The notes under the pieces are model-generated. The model was not told the DNA's origin. It saw nothing but the letters and a program-made list of their open reading frames with translations, and did no database searches. From Planctomycetota bacterium (GTDB taxonomy: Bacteria; Planctomycetota; MHYJ01; JACPRB01), in assembly GCA_016209705.1 (NCBI GenBank), contig JACQVR010000037.1, forward strand, positions 25,080 to 89,079: 64,000 bases of DNA, in the 5' to 3' direction. Positions 46,395 through 54,921 of the stretch are shown here, piece by piece (position 1 is the first letter of the stretch; each line of letters opens with the position of its first letter). Position numbers and translations under genes: made by a program.

Positions 46395-46688
46395 ATGGAA
46401 TCGATCAAGCCTTTGCACGACAGGGTTGTCGTGGAACGGAACGAGGCGGAAAAGAAGTCTGCGGGCGGGATTGTCCTGCCGGACACCGCCAAGGAAAAGC
46501 CCAAGCAGGGTACCGTGATCTCCGTGGGTCCCGGCCGGATCCTCGAGAACGGCCAAGTCAAGGCCCTTGAAGTGAAGAAGGGCGACCGAGTTCTCTTCGA
46601 TGGTTCCGCCGGTTCCGAAGTCAAGCTGAACGGCATGGAGTACCTCATCATGCACGAGAACGAAATCCTAGCGGTCCTCAACAAGTAG
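46395..46688 (+). CDS. groES: Co-chaperonin GroES
   Basis: [44 protein letters not shown]. 97 aa. Confidence 0.9.
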   Translation: MESIKPLHDRVVVERNEAEKKSAGGIVLPDTAKEKPKQGTVISVGPGRILENGQVKALEVKKGDRVLFDGSAGSEVKLNGMEYLIMHENEILAVLNK

Positions 46689-46706
46689 GAAGATAAAGGA
46701 GAAACC

Positions 46707-48344
46707 ATGGCAGCCAAGATGATTGCCTTTGACCACCAGGCACGCGAGGGAATCCGTCGCGGCGTCAAGCAGCTCGCTCGCGTCGTCAAGGTCACGCTCG
46801 GCCCGCGCGGCCGGGCGGTGCTCATCGAGAAGAAGTGGGGCCCTCCGGTAGTCTCGGTGGATGGCGTTACTGTCGCCAAAGAAATAGAGATCAAGGAGCC
46901 TTTCGAAAACATGGGCGCTCAGATGGTCAAGGAGGTCGCCTCGAAGACCAATGACGACGCCGGTGACGGCACGACGACCGCCACCGTGCTTGCGGAGGCG
47001 ATCTACGAGGAAGGCCTCAAGAACGTCACCGCCGGCGCCAGCGCGATCGCCCTCAAGCGCGGCATCGACAAGGCCGTCTAGACCATCGTCGGCGAACTCA
47101 AGCGGCTCTCCAAGCCCGTTCGTTTGGATGACATCTCCGAAGTTCGCAACGTCGGCACGATCGCGGCCGGCGGAGACGAGGACATCGGTAAGATGCTTGC
47201 GGAGGCCATGCAGAAGGTGGGCAAGGACGGCGTGATCACCGTCGAAGAAGGCAAAGGCCTCGAGACCTACGTGGAATGGGTCGAAGGCATGCAGTTCGAC
47301 AAGGGCTACGTCTCGCCTTACTTTGTTACTGAACCCGAGGAAATGAAGGCAACCCTCAAGGACTGCTACATTCTGGTCCACGACAAGAAAATCTCGGCGG
47401 CCAAGGATCTCATTCCGCTCCTCGAAAAGATCGCCCACACGGGGAAACCGCTTCTTATCATCTCAGAGGACATCGATGGCGAGGCCTTGGCTACCCTCGT
47501 TGTCAACAAGCTCCGTGGGACACTCCATGTTTGCGCTGTCAAGGCGCCCGGCTACGGTGATCCCCGGAAAGCCATGATGCAGGACATCGCCGTCCTGACC
47601 GGTGGGACCGCGATCTTTGAGGACCTCGGGATCGATCTCGAGAAGATCGACCTCACGATGCTGGGTCGCGCGAAGAAGGTCGTGGTAGAGAAGGAAAACA
47701 CGACGATCATCGAGGGTGTCGGTGATGCGAAAGCGATCCAGGGGCGCATCGGCCAGATCAGGAAAGAGATCGAAACGACCACGTCCGACTACGACAAGGA
47801 GAAGCTCCAAGAGCGCCTGGCGAAGCTCGCGGGCGGCGTGGCGCAGATCCATGTCTGCGCGGCGACCGAGATCGAGATGAAGGAGAGGAAGCTCCGCGTC
47901 GAGGACGCGCTCCATGCGACGCGGGCCGCGGTCGAGGAGGGAATTCTTCCGGGCGGCGGCGTGGCCCTGATACGGGCCGCCAAGGCGCTTATCAAGGTGA
48001 AGACCTTGAGCGACGACGAAAAGACCGGAGTCGACATCATCCGCCGCGCGCTGGAGGCGCCCGTCAAGCAGATCGCGGCGAACTCGGGCGTGGAAGGCGC
48101 GATCGTGATCGACAAAGTGCGCGAAGCGAAGGACACCAACTTCGGTTTCAATGCCGAGACGCTGGAGTACGGCGATATGATGAAATTCGGCGTGATCGAC
48201 CCGACGAAAGTCGTCCGCAGCGCGCTTCAGAACGCGGCGAGCGTGGCATCGCTGCTCCTGACGACCGATGCGCTCATCAGCGAAATTCCCGAGAGGAAGG
48301 CCGCCCCCGATCCGGGCGCCGGCGCTATGGGAGAGGAGATGTAG
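46707..48344 (+). pseudogene. groEL: Chaperonin GroEL interrupted by a single in-frame TAG (47079-47081)
   Basis: [35 protein letters not shown]...[10 protein letters not shown]...GIDKAV[TAG][13 protein letters not shown]... Both halves are in the same frame and together give a canonical-length GroEL of about 545 aa. Confidence 0.85.
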
Positions 48345-48439
48345 AGCGGCAGGGAAATCGGGTGCTGCGCAGCGTCGCCAACTTCACGCGGGAGCCGCGC
48401 ACGGACTGGCGCTCCGCCCTATGCTATGAGGTATCCACT

Positions 48440-48628
48440 ATGACAGGGGCCACCGAGAAAAGGAATGCGCGGCCGGGACCGTCCGAGCTCCTGTGCCGCC
48501 ACTGCGGGATCGTGGAACAGATCCGTGCGGATTGGCAGCGATGCTGGACGTGCTACGTCCGGTCCGAGACGCGGACTTTCCACACGTATCCCACCGCGTG
48601 TGCGAGCTGCTGCCGGAAACTCCATTAA
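48440..48628 (+). CDS. Small Cys-rich protein (hypothetical)
   Basis: CRHC...CWTC...CASCC pattern. Weak support only. Confidence 0.2.
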   Translation: MTGATEKRNARPGPSELLCRHCGIVEQIRADWQRCWTCYVRSETRTFHTYPTACASCCRKLH

Positions 48629-48784
48629 TCTCTTCGTGGGCATCCGTCCATCGGCAGGCCGCCCCTCACCTTGAATGGGATAATCACGGGGAGTCTGCTT
48701 GACCACCTCGGAAAGAGTCCCGGAAGAAATGCCAGTGTCCAGAACGCCCAAGCTCCGTCTCCTGCGATCTCTGCGGCAGGATCC

Positions 48785-49483
48785 TCAAGCGAGATCAAAG
48801 AGAAGGAGTTCCGATGGCTCCAGCGCCGTGACAGAGACGGCAAGTTCGTCAAGAAAAGCGACCCCATCTCCCGCAATGAGATCAAGATGGAGGAGTTGGA
48901 TTCTTCCCCTGACCACGTGCAGCCACGCCTGCCGGCCTGGTCGAAGCTCGTGGATCAGATGGCACCCGCGGTTCGGCAGCGAAGAATATACCAGGGCATC
49001 TTGGCGGATCCGGAAGGACGATTGCAGGGAGTCGGGGGAGGCCACGAGACAGAAGGTCCTTTTCCGATCCGCCGCGGGAAACCGTCTTTGCGCGCAATCA
49101 GGGGGAAGGCCCTGTGTGTCGGGCCGGACCCAGCATTCGAATACATGGGCCTGGTCAATGAGGGAGCCGTTGAATCGGCTATGGCGGATCCCACCCCCCG
49201 CGCTCATGTGCTGGAACTCACCCGAGCGGATGATTCCGGCGTGACCCAAGTCATCCTCATGGACGAGAAGGCCATCCAGAACGTAGGTGAGAATCTCCAT
49301 GTCCTGCCACGAATGCGGCGGGATGCGGGCGCCTGGAGCCAGGCGATCTTCGTTTAGACCTTGTAAGGCGCGAAATCCATCGTGGAGAGGGTCCTGTCGA
49401 ATATCGGGATCGAAGGTCATCCACGTTTCATGGCCTGCGCGGACGATGTGCCGGCGACTCGTCCCCTTCCGCAATGTAAGCAT
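48785..49483 (-). CDS. Pirin/YhhW-like cupin protein
   Basis: MLTLRKGTSRRH..., DMEILTYVLDGLLVHEDDLG, GEFQHMSAGGGIRHS and C-terminal LLLFDL. The length (232 aa) matches YhhW-type pirins. Confidence 0.8.
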   Translation of the reverse strand: MLTLRKGTSRRHIVRAGHETWMTFDPDIRQDPLHDGFRALQGLNEDRLAPGARIPPHSWQDMEILTYVLDGLLVHEDDLGHAGIIRSGEFQHMSAGGGIRHSRFNGSLIDQAHVFECWVRPDTQGLPPDCAQRRFPAADRKRTFCLVASPDSLQSSFRIRQDALVYSSLPNRGCHLIHELRPGRQAWLHVVRGRIQLLHLDLIAGDGVAFLDELAVSVTALEPSELLLFDLA

Positions 49484-49544
49484 GGCTCCATTTCCAGAGT
49501 TTCTGCAGCGCAGGGTGGAAAGTACCCCCCGCATCTTCTTTGGC

Positions 49545-49560
49545 AGCAATTCGCGGGCCA
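49545..49560 (-). promoter_or_regulatory. Candidate sigma54 (-24/-12) promoter upstream of the pirin-like gene
   Basis: The minus strand reads TGGCCCGCGAATTGCT. This is GG-N10-GC with a TTGC -12 element, about 60 nt upstream of ATG 49483. Confidence 0.45.
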
Positions 49561-49611
49561 CGAGGCCCGGCCGCCGAATTGCACCGTGGTGAGCGATCCG
49601 GGGAACCTCAT

Positions 49612-49662
49612 CGCGATCACCTTGATCGCGGCAAGAATCACCCTGATCGAATCACGGGATCC
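49612..49662. promoter_or_regulatory. Candidate enhancer (UAS) repeats for the sigma54 activator
   Basis: cgcgatca-cct-tgatcgcg palindrome. ATCACCTTGATCG (49616-49628), ATCACCCTGATCG (49637-49649) and ATCACGGGATCC (49651-49662). Confidence 0.3.
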
Positions 49663-49700
49663 GCCATGTTAGAATGAAAGGCTCTGATAGGAGCAAACGC

Positions 49701-51314
49701 ATGCGTGCCGACGACCTGAATCTCAAGGAACTGCTGGAATTCGACCCGGCGGGGGGCATTGTCCGGTTCGCCGGCCGGAGGGCCGTGATATTAGACGCGG
49801 TCGCGCACGGCCTCTTGCGCAAAGAGTTGATCGACACCTTCGGAGTCAACGTCGCGCGCGGCATTCTGACCCGATTCGGATACGTGCATGGAAAGCGCAT
49901 GGCCGACGCGATGCGTTCCGAATTCAAATGGGACAACGACGAAGAGTGGCGCCGAGCAGGGCCGCGAATCTACTGCCTCCAGGGTCTCGTGGTGCCGGAT
50001 GCCGAATCCCCGGGGGTGCATCTCGGGAAGGGAGTCACGTGGAAGGTGTCTTACGAAGCGGAGCAGCATCTCCTCCACCTGGGCCGAGCCGAATATCCCG
50101 TGTGCTGGACTCTCTGCGGCTTGGCCAGCGGATACCTCAGTTCATCCATGGGAAAGGAGGTCTACACGGTCGAGGACCGCTGCCTGGGCAGGGGAGACCC
50201 GGCCTGTCACGTCTTGGCCCGCACCCGGGAGGATTGGGGAAAGGACATGGCCGAGCATCTGCCGTTCTTCCAGAACAAGGGGATTGACGCCTCCTTGAAG
50301 CATGTCGCCGAGGTGCTGAAACGAACCGAGCGCCAATTGCAGGAGCGGGCGCGTCGGCTTGCCCGGGTCGCCGGCTTGAAAGAGGATCCTTCGGGAATCA
50401 TGGCGCGGAGCGAAAGCATGCAACGGGTAGTCGAGCAGGCGAAACGCATGGCCGGCGTGGATTCCACGGTGATGATCTCGGGGGAGAGCGGCGCGGGGAA
50501 GGAGCGGATCGCGCGGTTGCTGCACGACCAGTCCACCCGCTCGGAAGGTCCATTCATCGCCTTGAACTGCGGAGCGGTCTCCGAAACTCTTCTCGAGAGC
50601 GAACTCTTCGGACACGCCCGGGGCGCTTTCACGGGGGCGGCGCAGGACCGGGCCGGCCTGTTCGAGGCGGCCAACGGCGGAACGCTCTTTCTGGATGAGG
50701 TGGGCGACATTCCTCTATCGATGCAGGTAAAACTCCTCAGAGCCTTCCAGGAAAGAGAGATCCGGCGCGTGGGAGAGAATCGCTCCCGGCCTATCAACGT
50801 GCGCATCGTGACCGCCACCAATCGCGATCTATCGGTGGAAGTGGCGGCCAAAAGATTCCGGAAGGATCTTTATTACCGGCTGAAAGTGGTCGAGCTCTCG
50901 GTGCCCCCCTTGCGCGAGCGTCGGGAGGACATCCTCCCGCTGGCCCGAATATTCCTCGCTGAAGCGGCCCTTCGCATGAAGCGTCACGTGGAGACCCTCT
51001 CGCCGGCGGCCGCGGACCAGCTGCTGCGTTACGACTGGCCGGGCAATGTGCGGGAACTCGAGAACGCCATGGAACGCGCCGTCGCGCTGGCTCGGAAGAG
51101 CCGCGTCGAGTTGGATGAATTGCCTCCGGAAATCCGCCGCGCGGTCCCCATTCCGGCGGTGCACGGGCCCCCGCGTCCGCTGAAGGAAGTCGAGAAGAAT
51201 CACATCTTGGCAACCCTGGATTCCCACGGAGGGAATCGGGCCAAGACGGCTGAAACCCTGGAAATCGGGATCGCCACCCTGCATCGAAAGCTGAAATCGT
51301 TCGCAAAATCTTAA
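49701..51314 (+). CDS. Sigma54-dependent transcriptional activator with XylR-N/V4R sensor domain
   Basis: V4R-type sensor (CWTLCGLASGYLSS...GDPACHV), AAA+ Walker A GESGAGKE, GAFTGA loop and C-terminal Fis-type HTH (NRAKTAETLEIGIATLHRKLK). AGGAG lies 8 nt before ATG 49701. The alternative start is 49674. Confidence 0.88.
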   Translation: MRADDLNLKELLEFDPAGGIVRFAGRRAVILDAVAHGLLRKELIDTFGVNVARGILTRFGYVHGKRMADAMRSEFKWDNDEEWRRAGPRIYCLQGLVVPDAESPGVHLGKGVTWKVSYEAEQHLLHLGRAEYPVCWTLCGLASGYLSSSMGKEVYTVEDRCLGRGDPACHVLARTREDWGKDMAEHLPFFQNKGIDASLKHVAEVLKRTERQLQERARRLARVAGLKEDPSGIMARSESMQRVVEQAKRMAGVDSTVMISGESGAGKERIARLLHDQSTRSEGPFIALNCGAVSETLLESELFGHARGAFTGAAQDRAGLFEAANGGTLFLDEVGDIPLSMQVKLLRAFQEREIRRVGENRSRPINVRIVTATNRDLSVEVAAKRFRKDLYYRLKVVELSVPPLRERREDILPLARIFLAEAALRMKRHVETLSPAAADQLLRYDWPGNVRELENAMERAVALARKSRVELDELPPEIRRAVPIPAVHGPPRPLKEVEKNHILATLDSHGGNRAKTAETLEIGIATLHRKLKSFAKS

Positions 51315-51449
51315 AGATTCGCCGGACCCCGCGCGCCTTATCAATTCGAACCGAAGTCTTATCATTTTGATCCTGTCACATCGCCGCTGGGGGATATCAT
51401 TGTGGTCGTCGAGACAGGGAGCCCGCTTTATCTTGAAGTGCGAATCCGG

Positions 51450-51465
51450 TGGCGTACCGTTTGCT
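51450..51465 (+). promoter_or_regulatory. Candidate sigma54 (-24/-12) promoter upstream of the PLD/cardiolipin synthase gene
   Basis: TGGCGTACCGTTTGCT is GG-N10-GC with a TTGC -12 element, about 90 nt upstream of ATG 51555. Confidence 0.5.
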
Positions 51466-51554
51466 CTCATTCCTCTGTCCGATGGATCCCCCTCTTGAGA
51501 CGGACGGATGGAGTGAAAACGGCAACTTCGACCCTCGTGAACGAGGGGCTTTGC

Positions 51555-52667
51555 ATGCGACCGGAGACGCTGCGCCCGGGGCATCGGCTCACGCTTCATC
51601 GTGATGGCGCCGAGGCGTATCCCCGCATGCTGCAGGCGATCCGCGACGCGCAGCAGAGCGTGCTCCTGGAAACGTACTTATTTGCCGATGACGCGACCGG
51701 TCGACGCTTCGCGGACGCTCTTGCCGAGCGCGCGAAGGCGGGCATCGACGTACGCATCCTTTACGACGCCGTTGGATCTCGCACGACAGATCACGCGTTC
51801 TTCGGCGATCTCCGCGCGCGGGGCGTGAAAGTTGTTTCGTTCCATCCGCTCGTACGCTGGTTCGCGGGACTTACGTTCGGGCGACGCAACCATCGCAAGC
51901 TCCTGGTCGTCGACGGGCGCGTGGCGTTCGTCGGCGGGCTCAACATTTCGCGCGAGTACGCGTCGACCGCCGATGGAGGCCTCGGCTGGCGCGATACGCT
52001 GGTCGAGATCGAGGGGCCGTGCGTCCTTGAGCTGCAGGGGACGTTTCTCGAACTCTGGACGCGCGTACGGAAGAAGGATCCGCCGCTCCTCAGCCGTTCG
52101 CCGGCGCCCGTATCCGAGGGCGCACGCGTGCTTGCCGTCAGTTCGCAGCACCTCCGCGACCGCTGGGAGATCGCCCGACACTACCGGCATGCGATCGAGC
52201 AGGCGCGCGAACGCGTCTGGATCGCGAGCGCGTATTTTCTGCCGTCGTTGCGCTTCAGCAGGAGGCTGCGCGCCGCACGCCAGCGAGGTGTCGACGTACG
52301 CCTTCTCGTGCCCGGCCGCACGGGCTTCGCACCTGTGCTCTACGCTATGCAGCGGCTCTTCACGTCACATCTTCTCGCGAGCATGCGGGTCTTCGAGTGG
52401 CCCGGCCCGATGATGCACGCGAAGACGATGGTCGTCGACGGAACGTGGTCGACGGTGGGCTCGTACAACATCGATCACCTCTCGGGGGTCCACAACTACG
52501 AGCTGATCGTGGTCGTCTGCGACGCGGATTTCGGGAGGCGCATGACGTCGATGTTCGAGGAGGACTTCGCTCGTTCGCGGGAGATTACGCGCGACACGTG
52601 GCGGAATCGCGGCTGGGGTCGGCGGATCCTCGAGCACTTATCCTATCAGTTCCGAAACGTATTTTGA
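51555..52667 (+). CDS. Phospholipase D-family protein, ClsB-type cardiolipin synthase-like
   Basis: Two HKD motifs (NHRKLLVVDGRVAFVGGLNIS and MHAKTMVVDGTWSTVGSYNID). No N-terminal TM helices. Confidence 0.8.
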   Translation: MRPETLRPGHRLTLHRDGAEAYPRMLQAIRDAQQSVLLETYLFADDATGRRFADALAERAKAGIDVRILYDAVGSRTTDHAFFGDLRARGVKVVSFHPLVRWFAGLTFGRRNHRKLLVVDGRVAFVGGLNISREYASTADGGLGWRDTLVEIEGPCVLELQGTFLELWTRVRKKDPPLLSRSPAPVSEGARVLAVSSQHLRDRWEIARHYRHAIEQARERVWIASAYFLPSLRFSRRLRAARQRGVDVRLLVPGRTGFAPVLYAMQRLFTSHLLASMRVFEWPGPMMHAKTMVVDGTWSTVGSYNIDHLSGVHNYELIVVVCDADFGRRMTSMFEEDFARSREITRDTWRNRGWGRRILEHLSYQFRNVF

Positions 52668-52748
52668 GTCGCGTGTCTTCTGCTCCTTGCGAGAGGCAAG
52701 GTCGGACTCGGGAACGTGGCAACGCCCTTGCGGGTAAAGGGAGGAAGT

Positions 52749-52928
52749 ATGTGGATGGCGATCTTTTTTGTTTATGTGTTCGGAGCCTCAGGAACGGCAC
52801 TCAGCGTTTTCAGGAACCAGGTCACGAACCAAAGCAATCTCCTGAATGTGGGGGTAGTCGCGCTATGGCCCGTCTACTGGGCCCTGTTCCTCGCGAGCAT
52901 GTTTCATAACCGGAGGCGAGGCGGATAG
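52749..52928 (+). CDS. Small two-TM membrane protein (hypothetical)
   Basis: MWMAIFFVYVFGASGTAL...VGVVALWPVYWALFLASMF. GGGAGG lies 5 nt upstream of the ATG. Confidence 0.4.
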   Translation: MWMAIFFVYVFGASGTALSVFRNQVTNQSNLLNVGVVALWPVYWALFLASMFHNRRRGG

Positions 52929-53422
52929 GGTGCTTGGGTGCCGGTTTTCCTCAAGGCGATAGGCGCTCATTCGCGCTCTAATCCATTATTCGTTTCTGGT
53001 GAGGGGTGAAAAAGGCTCGAGCTATCTCCTCCAAGCATGCGCCGGATCGCGTCCAAGTGGCTCGATCCCTGCACCTTACAAGAGGCGCAAAAATCTGCTT
53101 GTTACGGAACGAATGTTTCCGGCAATCCTACGGCGGGCGGGCGCGCAGGCGCTATACAGTTACTTTACATTTTCAACATGCCAGATTAATCCGCGATTCG
53201 ATCCAAGAATTCCTCACGACGGCATTCGTCGTCCCCGGCACCCCACCGGGTAGCGCGCGCCCAGTCTAACACCCGGCCAGCGGCTTCTTGGCCTCGGCCG
53301 CGCTTTCTGCAACTGGGTCGTGTCAAACACCCTGCGGTTTCCTCCAAATTGCATCGGTCGGTCCCTTTTGGCCGGGGATCGGCCTGCGAGGTGTGAAATG
53401 AATCGGGATTTTCCCCCAGAGC

Positions 53423-54772
53423 GTGCCGAACCTTTCCCTCTCTACGACAGCCGTGCCCCGGTTCGACCTGCTGGACTTTCGTCGATACGTGACCCAATCC
53501 GTTCAGTTCTCGCGAGGCTGCCCGTATCGATGCGAATTCTGCGATATCTGGAAGATGTACGGCAACCGACCGCGGGTGAAATCCCCGGACCAAATCCTCG
53601 GCGAACTGGACGCGCTCTACGGGCTGGGATGGCGCGGTCCGGTCTTCTTCGTGGACGACAACTTCATCGGTAACCGGCGGGAGATCCGCAGGTTACTTCC
53701 CCGCCTCGCCCGATGGCAGCAGGAGCGCGAATACCCCTTCGACCTGTTCACCGAAGCGAGCGTCAACCTTGGCGAAGACGAGCGGTTGCTGCAGGGAATG
53801 CGCGACGCGGGATTCACGCTCGTCTTTCTCGGCATCGAGACCCCGATCGAGGCTAGCCTGGTCGAGACCAACAAGACCCAGAATACGCGCCGCTCGCTGC
53901 TGGGGCTTGTCCGGGCGATCCAGGGACACGGAATCGAAGTTTCATCGGGATTCATCGTGGGCTTCGACAACGACCCGGAAGATGTCTTCGACGTCCAGAT
54001 CCGGTTCATCGAGGAGGCGGCCATCCCGATGGCCATGGTGGGGGTACTGACGGCGCTCAAGGGGACGGATCTGTACGACCGGCTCAAGACCGAGAAGCGG
54101 CTCCTCGGCGAGTCGGACGGAAACAACACCCACCGGTTCGAGCCCAACTTCGAGCCCCGCATGGATCGGGAAAGGCTCTCCAAGGGGTACAAGCGGATCT
54201 TGAGCCGCCTCTACGACCGCAACCTCGGGAACTATTTCCGCCGCTGCTCCCGCTTCCTTCATGTCCTAGGAGACAATCCCCATTTCAGCCGGAAGATCGG
54301 TCTCGACGAGATCAAGGTACTTGCCCGATCCCTCAACCGCCAACCCTTCACCCGTTATGGATGGCAGTATGTCCGTTTCCTACTTCGTACCCTGGTGCGG
54401 CATCCCCGGAGATTTTCGGAGGCGGTACGACTGGCCATCATCGGTCACCACTTCCGCGAGATTACGTGGGGCGCCATCGAGGCCCACGAGCTGGACCAAT
54501 ATTTCAAGACGAAGTCGGAGCAGCTGACGAACCTCCTGCAGGGGCCGGAACCGTGGTTCCGGAAGTTGGCCGCCTGGAAACGGGCCCAGGAGGAGGTGTG
54601 GAGGGCGACGCGTCGGCGGTTGAAACGGTTGCCGGAGGAGTACCGCGTTCTGGTTCAGACACGCTACCGGGAGTTCCTCCGGCGATGGGATCTCACATTT
54701 GAATTGAATGTTCCGCTTCGGGACATGAAAAAAATCGTGAGCGCTGGGGACGATTCTCCATCAACTCCCTGA
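53423..54772 (+). CDS. Radical SAM protein with DUF4070-like C-terminus, apparently lacking the usual N-terminal B12-binding domain
   Basis: VPRFDLLDFRRYVTQSVQFSRGCPYRCEFCDI (CxxxCxxC). In this family that motif normally follows a ~150-aa cobalamin-binding domain. Upstream there is ~490 bp without a convincing ORF. Confidence 0.7.
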   Translation: MPNLSLSTTAVPRFDLLDFRRYVTQSVQFSRGCPYRCEFCDIWKMYGNRPRVKSPDQILGELDALYGLGWRGPVFFVDDNFIGNRREIRRLLPRLARWQQEREYPFDLFTEASVNLGEDERLLQGMRDAGFTLVFLGIETPIEASLVETNKTQNTRRSLLGLVRAIQGHGIEVSSGFIVGFDNDPEDVFDVQIRFIEEAAIPMAMVGVLTALKGTDLYDRLKTEKRLLGESDGNNTHRFEPNFEPRMDRERLSKGYKRILSRLYDRNLGNYFRRCSRFLHVLGDNPHFSRKIGLDEIKVLARSLNRQPFTRYGWQYVRFLLRTLVRHPRRFSEAVRLAIIGHHFREITWGAIEAHELDQYFKTKSEQLTNLLQGPEPWFRKLAAWKRAQEEVWRATRRRLKRLPEEYRVLVQTRYREFLRRWDLTFELNVPLRDMKKIVSAGDDSPSTP

Positions 54773-54921
54773 AGGGCGAGATTGCGGTTCAGTTCCACCC
54801 GCTGGGCTTGAAGTCGCTGGCGGCGGAAGCGGTGGGCACGACGGCCAGGCTGAAGCGGGTTGAGCGGCGCGCTGCGGTCGAGGTGGCCGAGGAGAATGAC
54901 CGGTTATTCCGCCGCGAGCGA

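Noticed and set aside
47079-47081. TAG reassignment (genetic code change) as the explanation for the groEL in-frame stop.
   Set aside because: TAG terminates several well-defined genes in the same window at the expected protein ends (176-178, 11724-11726, 63369-63371). A global reassignment is therefore not supported.
48671-49357. The 228-aa plus-strand ORF overlapping the pirin-like gene, and other short ORFs in 45.3-46.4 kb (45352-45798, 45827-46351).
   Set aside because: They have no recognisable motifs, odd composition and conflict with better-supported features. They are probably non-coding or degraded sequence.
53368-53382. A third sigma54-like motif (TGGCCGGGGATCGGC) upstream of the radical SAM gene.
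   Set aside because: It has GG-N10-GC spacing, but the -12 element is CGGC instead of TTGC, in a GC-rich context where such matches arise by chance. No upstream ATCA...GATC repeats are present.
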